Shown: one piece after another, positions 50,321 through 60,441 of the stretch
Position numbering within the stretch: the first letter of the stretch is position 1
Layout: each line of letters begins with the position of its first letter
NCBI GenBank assembly: GCA_963796455.1
Contig: CAWCLO010000007.1
Span: forward strand, 192,001 to 256,000
Reading direction: 5' to 3'
Source: Candidatus Sulfomarinibacteraceae bacterium
Lineage (GTDB): Bacteria > Acidobacteriota > Thermoanaerobaculia > Thermoanaerobaculales > Sulfomarinibacteraceae
DNA: 64,000 bases
The notes under the pieces: generated by a model
Told to the model about the DNA's origin: nothing
The model's input: the letters and a program-made list of their open reading frames with translations, nothing else
The model's database searches: none
Made by a program: the position numbers and the translations under genes

Positions 50321-51474
50321 GGTGAGGACTCGAGGGCCTTGAGAAGCTCGCGAGCAATGACCATCCGCTGGATCTCCGAGGTCCCCTCGCCGATCGTGCA
50401 CAGCTTGGCATCCCGCCACGCCCGTTCGACCGGGTAGTCCTTGGTGTAGCCATAGCCGCCGTGAATCTGGATCGCTTCTTCGGCGACGGCGACGGCAACC
50501 TCGGAGGCGAAGACCTTGGCCATCGCTGACTCACGGGTGACTCTCAAACCAGCGTCCTTCATGGCAGCAGAACGTTGAGTCAGCAAACGCGCAGCATCGA
50601 CGGAGGTCGCCATATCGGCGAGTTTTGCCTGGATCAGCTGGAAAGCGCTGATCGGCTTGCCGAACTGCTCCCTGGTGGATGCGTAACCGAGCGCCGCATC
50701 GAGAGCGCCGCGGGCAATGCCAAGAGACAAGGCGGCGATCGAGATTCGCCCACCATCGAGGACCTTCATCGCCTGGGTGAAGCCTTCCCCCTCGTTACCG
50801 AGCAGGAAACCAGCCGGAATCCGACAGTCCTCGAGCATCAGCGAGGAAGTATCCGACGCCCGCATGCCGAGCTTGTTCTCCTTCTTTCCGGCTTCAACAC
50901 CCTTTCGATCAAAAGGAACAAAAAAGGCGGAGATTCCATGGTGAGCGCCCTCTTTCGAAGTCCGCGCCACCAGAACCGCCGCATCTCCGACACTGGCGTG
51001 TGTGATAAATGTCTTGGAACCGTTCAAGACCCATTCGTCTCCGTCACGGACGGCGGTGGTCCGGGTCCCTCCGGCGTCCGAGCCCGCCTGCGATTCGGTC
51101 AGTCCCCAGGCGCCGATCCACTCGCCCGAAGCCAGTTTCGGGAGGTAAGTGTTTCTGAGTTCATCCGACCCGAATAGATAAAGATGATTCGTACACAGGG
51201 AGTTGTGTGCGGCAACCGAGAGACCGATCCCACCATCGGCGGCCCCGATCTCCTCGAGAATGGCCGCATACTCCACGTAGCCCAGTCCGGCACCGCCGAA
51301 TTCCTCCGGAATCACGACTCCGAGAAGGCCGAGCTCGCCGAGCTGGCTGAAGAGCTGGCGCGGAAAATGTTGGTTTTCGTCCCATTCGAGGGCGTGGGGA
51401 GCGATCTCTTTTTGCGCGAAATCGCGCACCATGTCCCGAATCGCGATCTGGTCATCTGACAGCTGAAAATCCAC
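50317..51474 (-). CDS. Short/branched-chain acyl-CoA dehydrogenase
   Basis: [39 protein letters not shown] and [10 protein letters not shown] motifs. Confidence 0.95.
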   Translation of the reverse strand: MDFQLSDDQIAIRDMVRDFAQKEIAPHALEWDENQHFPRQLFSQLGELGLLGVVIPEEFGGAGLGYVEYAAILEEIGAADGGIGLSVAAHNSLCTNHLYLFGSDELRNTYLPKLASGEWIGAWGLTESQAGSDAGGTRTTAVRDGDEWVLNGSKTFITHASVGDAAVLVARTSKEGAHHGISAFFVPFDRKGVEAGKKENKLGMRASDTSSLMLEDCRIPAGFLLGNEGEGFTQAMKVLDGGRISIAALSLGIARGALDAALGYASTREQFGKPISAFQLIQAKLADMATSVDAARLLTQRSAAMKDAGLRVTRESAMAKVFASEVAVAVAEEAIQIHGGYGYTKDYPVERAWRDAKLCTIGEGTSEIQRMVIARELLKALESSP

Positions 51475-51522
51475 TCATCCACCCCCTTGTCGATCAACAC
51501 ACCCAATCAGTCGAGCACCGAT

Positions 51523-53649
51523 TCACCTGCCGACTGCGCTTCCAGGCCAGCGCACAACCTGAATGCCCGAATAATAGTGTTTGAGAATCCTCTCGAAATC
51601 CATCCCGACGCGCGCGAGACCGTAGGCACCGTGCTGGCACAAACCCACACCGTGCCCCCATCCGCGGCCCAGAAAATGAACCCGGCGTTCGCCGTCGGCC
51701 CCGGTTCTCAGGTGCATCGCGAAGAAAGTCTCCGGAAGTTCGAGCGCTTGTCGGACCTCGAAACCCGACCATTCGCGGGTTGTTCCATCCCGGGCGACCG
51801 CAGCCAACCCGATGACTCTTCCGGATGGTGAGCGCCGGGTCACGGTCAGTCGTTCGAGGGCCGTCATTCCAAGCACCTCTTCGATCTCCGACCAGCTCTT
51901 GTCGCGAACCCACTCGCGCCACGCCGATCGCCGGTCGGCTTCGCCGCCACCCTCGGATCGAACGATGGCCAAGGCCGACACTCGTTCTCCCAGCCGAATT
52001 CGCTCGAGAACGGTTCCTGGAGACACCTCGGCGCTTCGCACACTCCGATACGCTCCAGCCCACCTTTCCCACAACGGAAGCATAGACGGCAGCGGCATCG
52101 AGTGTTTGGCGCGCCTGGGGAATATCCCAACACCGTCCGGTCGAGGCACCGCCTCACCCGTGTCGCGCACTACATCGCCGCGCAGTTCGAGAACCGTGAG
52201 CGCCGCCGCGGCCGCCCAATCCGAGCTCAGACCGGCAGACGGCGGGTCGAGGGGCGCGAGAAAAAGATCGGCCAGAAAGAGCAGTCTTTCGAGACCATTC
52301 GAAGACGGGGCGATACCGGACGGAGGATCGATGCCGGCAGCCTTCAGGAGCGCAGCAGAAAAGGTTTCGCCGTCGAGCGAGGTCGGCGTCCCAATGCTTG
52401 CTCCGAAACGAGACTGGAGTCGGGCCAGAATCTCTCCGGGACCGGAATTCGGTGCGAGAGCGAGAATCTGGAACGCAACCGCAGCCGAATAAGCCGTTTG
52501 ATCGATCCAACCCGTTTCCGCCGACGCGCCGGCCATTTTCATCGGCCGATCCCAAGCGCACGACACGCCCCTCAAGTAGGGTCGGACGCGGCCCGGAAAG
52601 AGCACCTCCACATCCTCCGTATGCCCGCCACAGGTCGAGGTGTACATGGCATCGATGGGCTCACCTTCATAAACCGCCACCAGACCGGCACTCTCGCGGA
52701 TGGCGCGGTTTGAAAGGGAGTGTTCGACATCAAAACCTTTATAGACCTGGCAGGTCGGGGTATCGCAGAGATCCCAGCCTTCATCGGCGTGATCGCCGAG
52801 ATGGGCCACTGCGTAGGTTCTCGCGGCAACCGTCTGAGCCTTGAGGGCATTGAGTTCAGGAAACTGCGACGGGCCCATCTCGGCCGGAACCACACCCTTC
52901 AGATAGCTTTCGAGATTGAGTTCGTTGATGACCAATGCCTCGCCACCCATCGCCCGGGCCAGCAATCGTCCGCGGTATCGACGGGAACCGACGGCAACCG
53001 GCCAATCGCCCGCAGGGTCCATCAGGATCTCACCGGCGCTGGTCACCGCTGCGCCGTTTGCGCCGGCGATCCGCACTTCGCCACTGCGTGGGATCGGTCG
53101 GACGGCGTCGAAGCCGAGGGCCTCGAGCTCTCGTTCGGGATCAGAGGGCTCGCTGCCGAGCCATCCCACCAGAAGCCTGGTCAGACCATCCCGAATGGTC
53201 TCCTCTCGGATCTCGACAGACGATCCGAATTTTCGCTGCAGCCGCTGCCGCGCGGCGGCGACATTTGCCGGATCGCCCCACGCACCGAGTTGCCACCAGC
53301 GCGAACCGGCGGTATCCACCGTCACAGTGATCGGTCCCCATAACCAGGCGGCACGACCATCAAAACTGAGGCGATACGCCCTTCCGGGTTGAGGCAGGCG
53401 AATCTGGGAGGATGAACGCTGGAGCAGGACGCGAATCAATGGCGGCTCAACGTCCTGAATCCGCAGAATAGCCGGCGGCGGTACCGTTGGCACCGCGGTC
53501 GGCACGGGGGTCGCAGTCGGCACCGGCGTCGGCGTCCCCACGACTTCAGCCGTCGGGGCCGGAGTGGCGCTCGGTGGCCGCTGAATCGTCTGTGGCGCGC
53601 TGGCACAGCCCGCGGCCACCGCCAGGATACCGACGAGCACCACCCTCAC
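51523..53649 (-). CDS. SpoIID/LytB domain lipoprotein with SPOR-like region
   Basis: Lipobox AAGC, YLKGVVPAEM, LKAQTVAARTY, CQVY, GHGVGLCQHGA and ILKHYY motifs. Confidence 0.92.
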   Translation of the reverse strand: MRVVLVGILAVAAGCASAPQTIQRPPSATPAPTAEVVGTPTPVPTATPVPTAVPTVPPPAILRIQDVEPPLIRVLLQRSSSQIRLPQPGRAYRLSFDGRAAWLWGPITVTVDTAGSRWWQLGAWGDPANVAAARQRLQRKFGSSVEIREETIRDGLTRLLVGWLGSEPSDPERELEALGFDAVRPIPRSGEVRIAGANGAAVTSAGEILMDPAGDWPVAVGSRRYRGRLLARAMGGEALVINELNLESYLKGVVPAEMGPSQFPELNALKAQTVAARTYAVAHLGDHADEGWDLCDTPTCQVYKGFDVEHSLSNRAIRESAGLVAVYEGEPIDAMYTSTCGGHTEDVEVLFPGRVRPYLRGVSCAWDRPMKMAGASAETGWIDQTAYSAAVAFQILALAPNSGPGEILARLQSRFGASIGTPTSLDGETFSAALLKAAGIDPPSGIAPSSNGLERLLFLADLFLAPLDPPSAGLSSDWAAAAALTVLELRGDVVRDTGEAVPRPDGVGIFPRRAKHSMPLPSMLPLWERWAGAYRSVRSAEVSPGTVLERIRLGERVSALAIVRSEGGGEADRRSAWREWVRDKSWSEIEEVLGMTALERLTVTRRSPSGRVIGLAAVARDGTTREWSGFEVRQALELPETFFAMHLRTGADGERRVHFLGRGWGHGVGLCQHGAYGLARVGMDFERILKHYYSGIQVVRWPGSAVGR

Positions 53650-54413
53650 AAGCGAATTCCCCCTTCGCGAGACGCGAGCCGCTGGGCGCGGTAGTCGAGT
53701 CCCCGGAGTTCGAGGCGCCGGCACATTTCATAGAGCCTCGATCGGATCCTCTGCGATACCCGGTCGGTCAACGACTCCTCGGCCGAAGCTTTGGGAAAAT
53801 CCGAAAAATTGGTCGTGTAGATCGTCAGTTTGCCCTCGAGATAGCGCGTGTTGACCAGATAGTAGAGAAGATCCATGACCCACGGCGTCGACTTTCCCGC
53901 TCCGAGTTCGTCGAGCACGAGGAGATCCGCGTCGATCAGTGGTCGCAGGATCTTGCGGCTCGACCCCGAGCCGTCAAAGGTCATCTGGATCTCGAGGATC
54001 AATGAGGTGAAATCGGCAAATCGTCCCCGGATCGCCGGGGTCTTTTCGCGCATTATCTGTTGCATCGCCGCCACCGCGAGGTGGGTCTTGCCCGTACCGA
54101 CCGGCCCCATGAGGAGGAGGCCCTTGTCGGTGGCTGGAAAGAGATCGACGAATTCCTGAACCGAACGAACCGCCTTTGCGAGGGTCGGATCATCCGGGTT
54201 CCAAAGTTCGAAGTCCGCAAGCGTGCAATGTTGGTAGCGGGCTGGAATCTCGGCCTGTTGGAGATAACGTTCCCGCAATGCCCCGGCGGCGCACCCGCAT
54301 CTCTTGACCAACTCGACGCCGTTTTCCTCCACCAGAATCCACCCGGTGCCGCCGCACTTCGAACAGGTCTCGGTCGTCTCAGCGCTCTCGGAGGTTTTTC
54401 CAGTTTCGGCCAT
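53646..54413 (-). CDS. DnaC/IstB-like AAA+ ATPase with N-terminal Zn-binding motif
   Basis: CSKCGGTGW...CGC, GPVGTGKTHLA, LLVLDELG, TTN and RIRSRLYEMC motifs. Confidence 0.88.
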   Translation of the reverse strand: MAETGKTSESAETTETCSKCGGTGWILVEENGVELVKRCGCAAGALRERYLQQAEIPARYQHCTLADFELWNPDDPTLAKAVRSVQEFVDLFPATDKGLLLMGPVGTGKTHLAVAAMQQIMREKTPAIRGRFADFTSLILEIQMTFDGSGSSRKILRPLIDADLLVLDELGAGKSTPWVMDLLYYLVNTRYLEGKLTIYTTNFSDFPKASAEESLTDRVSQRIRSRLYEMCRRLELRGLDYRAQRLASREGGIRL

Positions 54414-54612
54414 CGGCACAGTATAGCCGCACCCTGTGTCCATCTCTTGGTTCGATTCGCTATCGCTATCGGGATCGCTATCGCTATCGATGGGCCTCTT
54501 TGGATCCAGCCTTTCGTTTTTCGACGGTTGATGCCAGATGCATCTCTTGGGGCAGTCAGTTCTCAATCTTTAACGCAGAGACGCCAAGGCGCAGAGTCGC
54601 AGAGACATCGCA

Positions 54613-55428
<816 letters not shown>

Positions 55429-55513
55429 TCCAGCATCCGGGATCCAGCATCCTGCATGCCTCGCCCTGCATCGAGTATCGTGTAATTGACAAACAACCGA
55501 CCCGAGGTGATGT

Positions 55514-56116
55514 ATGGAAGCCGTCAAGGATGAATTGCTGGAATTCTGGTTCGGAAATGACCCCGACGACGCGGTGGTGGCCGAGCAAAAGGCTGGACTT
55601 TGGTGGGGCCACCAACCCGGTACCGATGAGGAGATTCAGCGTCGTTTCGGCACCGCCGCCGCGGCTGCCGCGGTCGATTATCTCGATCACTGGAGTGGTT
55701 CGCCACGCGGCAGACTTGCCTTGATTCTGCTTCTCGACCAGGTCCCGCGCTCGATCCACCGCGGAATGCCGGAAGCTTTCGCCACCGATTTCAAGGCTCG
55801 GGAGGTTGCCGTGCAGGGCCTCCAGAGCGGCGCCGACAAGTTGTTGCGGCCGATCGAACGACTCTTCTTCTATCTGCCGTTTGAACACTCGGAAGAACTG
55901 GCCGACCAGGAACGAAGTATGGAGCTTTTTCGCCAGCTTGCCACCGAGGTTCCGGAGCAACATCGGGTCACCTTTGCCGCCTTTGTCGATTATGCGGTGA
56001 GGCACCACGCTGTCATCGCTCGTTTTGACCGCTTCCCCCACCGCAATATGGTTCTCGGCCGCGAGTCGACGCCCGAAGAGTTGGAATTTTTGGAGCAACC
56101 GGGGTCGTCGTTCTGA
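55514..56116 (+). CDS. DUF924 family protein
   Basis: LEFWF, LALILLLDQ.PR, FFYLPFEHSE and IARFDRFPHRN motifs. Confidence 0.93.
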   Translation: MEAVKDELLEFWFGNDPDDAVVAEQKAGLWWGHQPGTDEEIQRRFGTAAAAAAVDYLDHWSGSPRGRLALILLLDQVPRSIHRGMPEAFATDFKAREVAVQGLQSGADKLLRPIERLFFYLPFEHSEELADQERSMELFRQLATEVPEQHRVTFAAFVDYAVRHHAVIARFDRFPHRNMVLGRESTPEELEFLEQPGSSF

Positions 56117-56193
56117 GAAAGGGAGAAGGGCAGGACCGCACGGTTGCTCGATACTCGATACTCGATACTCGATACTCGATGCTGGATGCTGGA

Positions 56194-56980
56194 TCACTCT
56201 TGTCCAAGACAGGGTCTCAGACAGCGACCAGGGACGGGGAACGGCGGACAGCGTCAGGAAACAGTAGTCAGCTGTCAGCGGCAGCGGCAGAAACCAGCGC
56301 CAGCGACAGTGGTCAGCGGCAGCGAATAGCACTTACATTTTCAAGTTCTAAAGCCGCCACGTCATGGCACGGACCTGATCGAAGGCGTTCATCGCTTCAC
56401 TGGCTCCGTTGGGGCTGATCGCCCCCGCATGGGCGAGGAGCTGCAAGTGGCTGTCGACCTCTTTCGCCGAGGCGTAGGCGATTCTCCAATGGTTCAACCG
56501 GTCTCTACCGAAACAGCCGTGGCCTTCAGCCAGGTTCGCAGGGACTGAACTCGACGATCGGATCACCTGATCGGCTATGGACTTCAGCGGAGCTGGAACC
56601 CTCATCACAAGCTTGATCGCTATTCCTGCTGCTTCGAGGGCTTTCGAGTGGGCAACGAGGTTGGTGTTCGTGGCGGCTTTGGACATGGTCACCTCCGGGT
56701 CGTTCATGCCCATTCCCACAAGCCGGTGTGGTGGCCGATGTCAAGGATGCCCTGCACCCTGCCTGTCCTTGACATCGGCCGCCCACCGGCTACCCCTTCT
56801 GTTGAACGACCCGGAGGTGGCCACGTCGTCGCCTGTACTCCTGACCGCTGCCGCTGGACACTGATTGCTGATCTCTGTCGCTGACGCCGCCTCCTGTCGC
56901 TGTCCCTGCACCCTGGACACTGTCGCTGACGCTGGGCACTGTCGCTGCCGCTGCAATTCGGGATCGGGATCGGGATCGGG
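56194..56980 (-). mobile_element. E6: four-helix-bundle element, left end truncated
   Basis: TIR TCACTCTTGTCCAAGACAG at 56194 next to a (CTCGATA)n array; hairpin and gene on the minus strand. Confidence 0.82.
56348..56686 (-). CDS. Four-helix-bundle protein, 112 aa (TAG five codons before the usual end)
   Basis: Ends WRL*NLKM*, whereas sister copies end WRL(L/I)NP... Confidence 0.85.
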   Translation of the reverse strand: MSKAATNTNLVAHSKALEAAGIAIKLVMRVPAPLKSIADQVIRSSSSVPANLAEGHGCFGRDRLNHWRIAYASAKEVDSHLQLLAHAGAISPNGASEAMNAFDQVRAMTWRL

Positions 56981-57051
56981 AAAACAGTGCGGTCAGCTCT
57001 ATTCGCGATAATGAGCGCCGAATTTCTCATTCCTAGTTCATAATTCTGAAG

Positions 57052-58272
57052 ATGCGAGTCCTTCACGTCCTCTCCCAGCGGCCGTCCCTGACCGGCAGCG
57101 GCATCACCCTCGATGCGCTCGTCCGGCATGCCGCCGCGAAAGGCTGGGATCAACGGGTCGTGGTAGGCACACCGGCCGGTGATCCAAGGCCGCCAGTCGG
57201 CGGACTTGAGGGTCCCTTCATCGATCCTCTTGTGTTCGGTTCGCCGCCACTGGATTTCGAGCTACCCGGGATGAGCGATGTCATGCCCTATCCGAGCTCC
57301 CGGTTTTCAGAACTCCGGCCGACCCAGATCGACGCTTACCGAGAAGCGTGGACCAAACATCTCGAGCATGTGGTCGAAGACTTCGAGCCCGACATCATCC
57401 ACAGCCATCACATCTGGCTGATGTCCGCTCTGGTCAAGGACGTCGCCACCGGTATCCCGGTCCTCACCCACTGCCACGCCACCGGTTTACGGCAAATGGA
57501 GCTTTGTCCTCATCTAGCCGACGATGTGCGCCGGGGGTGTTCGCGCAACGAGGCTTTCGCCGTTCTCCACCGCGGCCACGCGTCGGAACTCGAGACCCGA
57601 CTCGGAATTCCCGGCCATAAAATTCATCGGGTTGGTGCCGGCTATCGCGACGATCTCTTTCACACCCACGATCGAGCACAGGAAGAGAATCCGGCGCTCC
57701 TGTTTATCGGGAAATTCAGCCGGTCAAAGGGCCTTCCCGAACTCCTGGACGCCTTCGATCGAGTTCGGACGCACCGACCGGAGCTTCGGCTCCACGTCGC
57801 CGGAGGGGGCTCCGGCAACGAAGCGGACGAGTTGCGAGCGAGAATGGAGCGGATGGCTCCATCGGTTGAAATGCACGGCCGGTTGCCGCAATCGGCAGTC
57901 GCGGATCTGGCCCGGCGAGCAACGGTGTGCGTCCTCCCATCCTTTTACGAAGGACTTCCTCTCGTTCTGGTTGAGGCGCTGGCCTGCGGATGTCATCTCG
58001 TGGCGACCAATTTGCAGGGCATCCGCGAGGAGCTGGCGCCCCGGCTCGGCGATGCCCTGACTCTGGTTCCGTCGCCACGAATGATTTCTATCGACCGACC
58101 CGACCCCGGCTCCCTGCCGGTCTTTGTCGATGATCTCGCGACTGCAATCGATCAAAGCCTCGACAAGGCACCGATCGGCGACCCGAAAGCCTCTCTTCCA
58201 GAAGCCCTCGAGACCTTCTCCTGGACCGCTGTTTTCGAGCGGGTGGAACGGATCTGGCAGGGCCTTCTCTGA
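57052..58272 (+). CDS. Glycosyltransferase family 4
   Basis: PDIIHSHH, FIGKFSRSKG and VLPSFYEGLPLVLVEALACG motifs. Confidence 0.93.
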   Translation: MRVLHVLSQRPSLTGSGITLDALVRHAAAKGWDQRVVVGTPAGDPRPPVGGLEGPFIDPLVFGSPPLDFELPGMSDVMPYPSSRFSELRPTQIDAYREAWTKHLEHVVEDFEPDIIHSHHIWLMSALVKDVATGIPVLTHCHATGLRQMELCPHLADDVRRGCSRNEAFAVLHRGHASELETRLGIPGHKIHRVGAGYRDDLFHTHDRAQEENPALLFIGKFSRSKGLPELLDAFDRVRTHRPELRLHVAGGGSGNEADELRARMERMAPSVEMHGRLPQSAVADLARRATVCVLPSFYEGLPLVLVEALACGCHLVATNLQGIREELAPRLGDALTLVPSPRMISIDRPDPGSLPVFVDDLATAIDQSLDKAPIGDPKASLPEALETFSWTAVFERVERIWQGLL

Positions 58273-58274
58273 TC

Positions 58275-58622
58275 TCAGACCAGTTCGAGCACCCGTTCCG
58301 TGGGCCGCCCGAGGACCGCCCGTTTCCCCGTAATGGCGATCGGCCGCTCGATCAGCCGTGGGTGCTCCACCATCGCCCGAATCAGTTCGTCGCGATCGAG
58401 CGTGGTGTCGGCGAGACCGAGTTCCGTGTATTCCTTCTCGCGCTTGCGCATGAGTTCGCGAGGTTCCATTCCGAGCATTTTCAAGACGCCCTCGAGTTCC
58501 CCAGCCGTCGGGGGTTGCTTGAGATACTCGACGATTTCGAAGTCGATTCCTTTGTCACGAAGCAGGCTGACCGCCTGCCTGGATTTGCTTCAACGGGGGT
58601 TGTGCCAGATGACCAGTGGCAT
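58275..58622 (-). CDS. arsC: Arsenate reductase (glutaredoxin-type ArsC family), predicted selenoprotein, 115 aa
   Basis: GGAGG SD, then MPLVIWHNPR-UGA-SKSRQAV...EYLKQPP...HPRLIERPI...LGRP. The TGA (58592-58590) occupies the catalytic Cys of HNPRCSKSR. Confidence 0.9.
58559..58592 (-). promoter_or_regulatory. Bacterial SECIS-like hairpin
   Basis: UGA, 9 nt, then AGGCAGGC-GGUCA-GCCUGCUU; the G-initiated apical loop lies 17 nt after the UGA. Confidence 0.75.
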
Positions 58623-58695
58623 GGATATTCCTCCTTGGCAGCGATCATAGCCCGGACGGATGCTGGATGCTCGATGCTGGATACTTGACGCTGGA

Positions 58696-59559
58696 TCACT
58701 GCTGTCCAAAACAGATCGTCACCTGAAGTTACCCACCTGACAACACGTGGTTTACGGGTTGGTTTTTGGCATATCCGGTTCGCGGTTGGCACGTACCCGT
58801 TCCCGATCCCGAATTGCAGCGGCAGCGACAGTGTCCAGCGTCAGCGACAGACAACAGCGAACAGGGACAGCGGTCAGTGTTCAGCGCCAGAGAGCAGCGG
58901 CAGCGGTCAGGAGTACAGGCGACGAAGTGGCCACCATCGGGTCGTTCAACAGAAGAGGTAGCCGGTGGGCGGCCGATGTCAAGGACAGGCAGGGTGCAGG
59001 GCATCCTTGACATCGGCCACCACACCGGCTTGTGGGTATGGGCATGAACGACCCGGAGGTGACCATGTCCTCAGCCGCCACGAACACCAAACTCGTTGCC
59101 CACTCGAAAGCACTCGAAGCCGCAGGAATCGCGATCAAGCTCGTGATGAGGGTTCCAGCTCCTCTGAAGTCGATAGCCGATCAGGTGATCCGGTCGGCAA
59201 GTTCGGTCCCTGCGAACCTGGCAGAAGGGCACGGCCGGTTTGGTAGAGACCGGTCGAACCACTGGAGGATCGCCTACGCCTCGGCCAAAGAGGTCGACAG
59301 CCACTTGCAGCTTCTCGCTCACGCCGGGGCGATCAGCCCGAACAGAGCCAGTGAAGCGATGAAGGCCTTTGATCAGGTGCGTGCAATGACTTGGAGATTG
59401 CTCAACCCGAAGTCTTGATTTCAGGGCCCCATGCCAGTCAAACGTGACGCTGACTCCTGTTCGCTGACGCTGAACACTGATTGCTGTTCCCTGTCCCTGA
59501 CGCTGATCGCTGTCGCCGTCCCTGAACGCCAGCCGAGACTCTGTCTTGGACAAGAGTGA
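58696..59559 (+). mobile_element. E7: full-length 864-bp TIR element with four-helix-bundle gene, flanking repeat CGCTGGA
   Basis: TIRs TCACTGCTGTCCAAAACAGA / TCTGTCTTGGACAAGAGTGA (17/20). CGCTGGA at 58689-58695 and 59560-59566. Confidence 0.9.
59065..59418 (+). CDS. Four-helix-bundle protein, 117 aa
   Basis: IADQVIRSASSVPANLAEGHGR motif. Confidence 0.9.
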   Translation: MSSAATNTKLVAHSKALEAAGIAIKLVMRVPAPLKSIADQVIRSASSVPANLAEGHGRFGRDRSNHWRIAYASAKEVDSHLQLLAHAGAISPNRASEAMKAFDQVRAMTWRLLNPKS

Positions 59560-59902
59560 CGCTGGATGCTGGAACCTCCGCGGCGTAGCCGGAGGGAAAA
59601 GCCTGAGAAACCGCAGATCACGCAGATCAACGCAGATTGACCCTCGCAATGGCCGTCGTGGCAAACACCATTGCCCACAGAACACACAGAAAAGCATGGA
59701 ATAAGGCGCAAAGAACGCAAAGATGCCATGAACCTGAAGAAAAGAACCTCGACCGTCGCAAAAGTAAAACTTAGCGTCGCCTTTGCGCTTTTTGCGTTCT
59801 TAGCGTTTTTAGCGTTGCAAAACGGCGCCTTTACAGCAACCGCCATTCCTCAGGTGCCGCCGGCCCGGACGCGGCTCAGACCGGCGGATCCAGTATCCAG
59901 AA

Positions 59903-60360
59903 TCACAGCTGTCCAAAACAAATCGTCATTTGAAGTTTTCCACCTGACAGCACCTGGTTTACGGGTTGGTTTTTACCGTATCCGGTTCGCGGTTGGCCCG
60001 TACCCGATTCCGATCCCGAGCCCGAATTGCAGCGGCAGCGACAGTGTCCAGCGACAGGGACAGGGAGCAGCGACCGGGTTCAGCGATCAGTGTTCAGCGG
60101 CAGCGATCAGGAGTCCAAGCGACGAAGTGGCCTCCTCCGGGTGGTTTTACAGAAGGAACAGCGGTTGTGGTGTAGGCGTCTCGCCTGCACACCGCGCGGC
60201 CGAGACGGCCGCACCACAAAGGCCGGAGCCCGAAGAAGTGAATGCTGTTCGCTGTCCCGGCCGCTGATCACTGACGCTGATGACTGATTGCTGCCGCTGA
60301 CTCCTGATCTCTGTCGCTGTCCCTGTTCGCTATCCGAGAACCTGTCTTGGACAAGAGTGA
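59903..60360 (+). mobile_element. E8: short non-coding TIR element, flanking repeat TCCAGAA
   Basis: Ends TCACAGCTGTCCAAAACAAA and CCTGTCTTGGACAAGAGTGA. TCCAGAA at 59896-59902 and 60361-60367. Confidence 0.88.
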
Positions 60361-60441
60361 TCCAGAATCTAGTATCCAGCATCAAAAAACGCCCCCGCTC
60401 AAATGAGCGGCGGCGTTCCTGGTTCCAAATTCAGACGTCCT

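Noticed and set aside
53646..54413. IstB of an IS21 element as the missing transposition helper
   Set aside because: No istA or IS21 ends are nearby, and the gene overlaps the SpoIID gene in a housekeeping operon; more likely a DnaC-like loader.
56146..56193. CRISPR array
   Set aside because: Only 6-9 bp tandem units, with no spacers and no cas genes in the window.
58765..58820. Sigma54 promoter in the element's left arm (TTGGCA...TTGCA)
   Set aside because: GG to GC spacing does not fit -24/-12 and varies with the VNTR.
58747..59047. Repeated ORFs such as MVYGLVFGISGSRL... and QRQRQCP... as a protein family
   Set aside because: They are translations of the element's hexamer arms; frames and lengths differ between copies and there are no SD sequences.
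60155..60235. tRNA gene in the short element cassette
   Set aside because: No T-loop TTCGA, D-loop or 7-nt anticodon loop.
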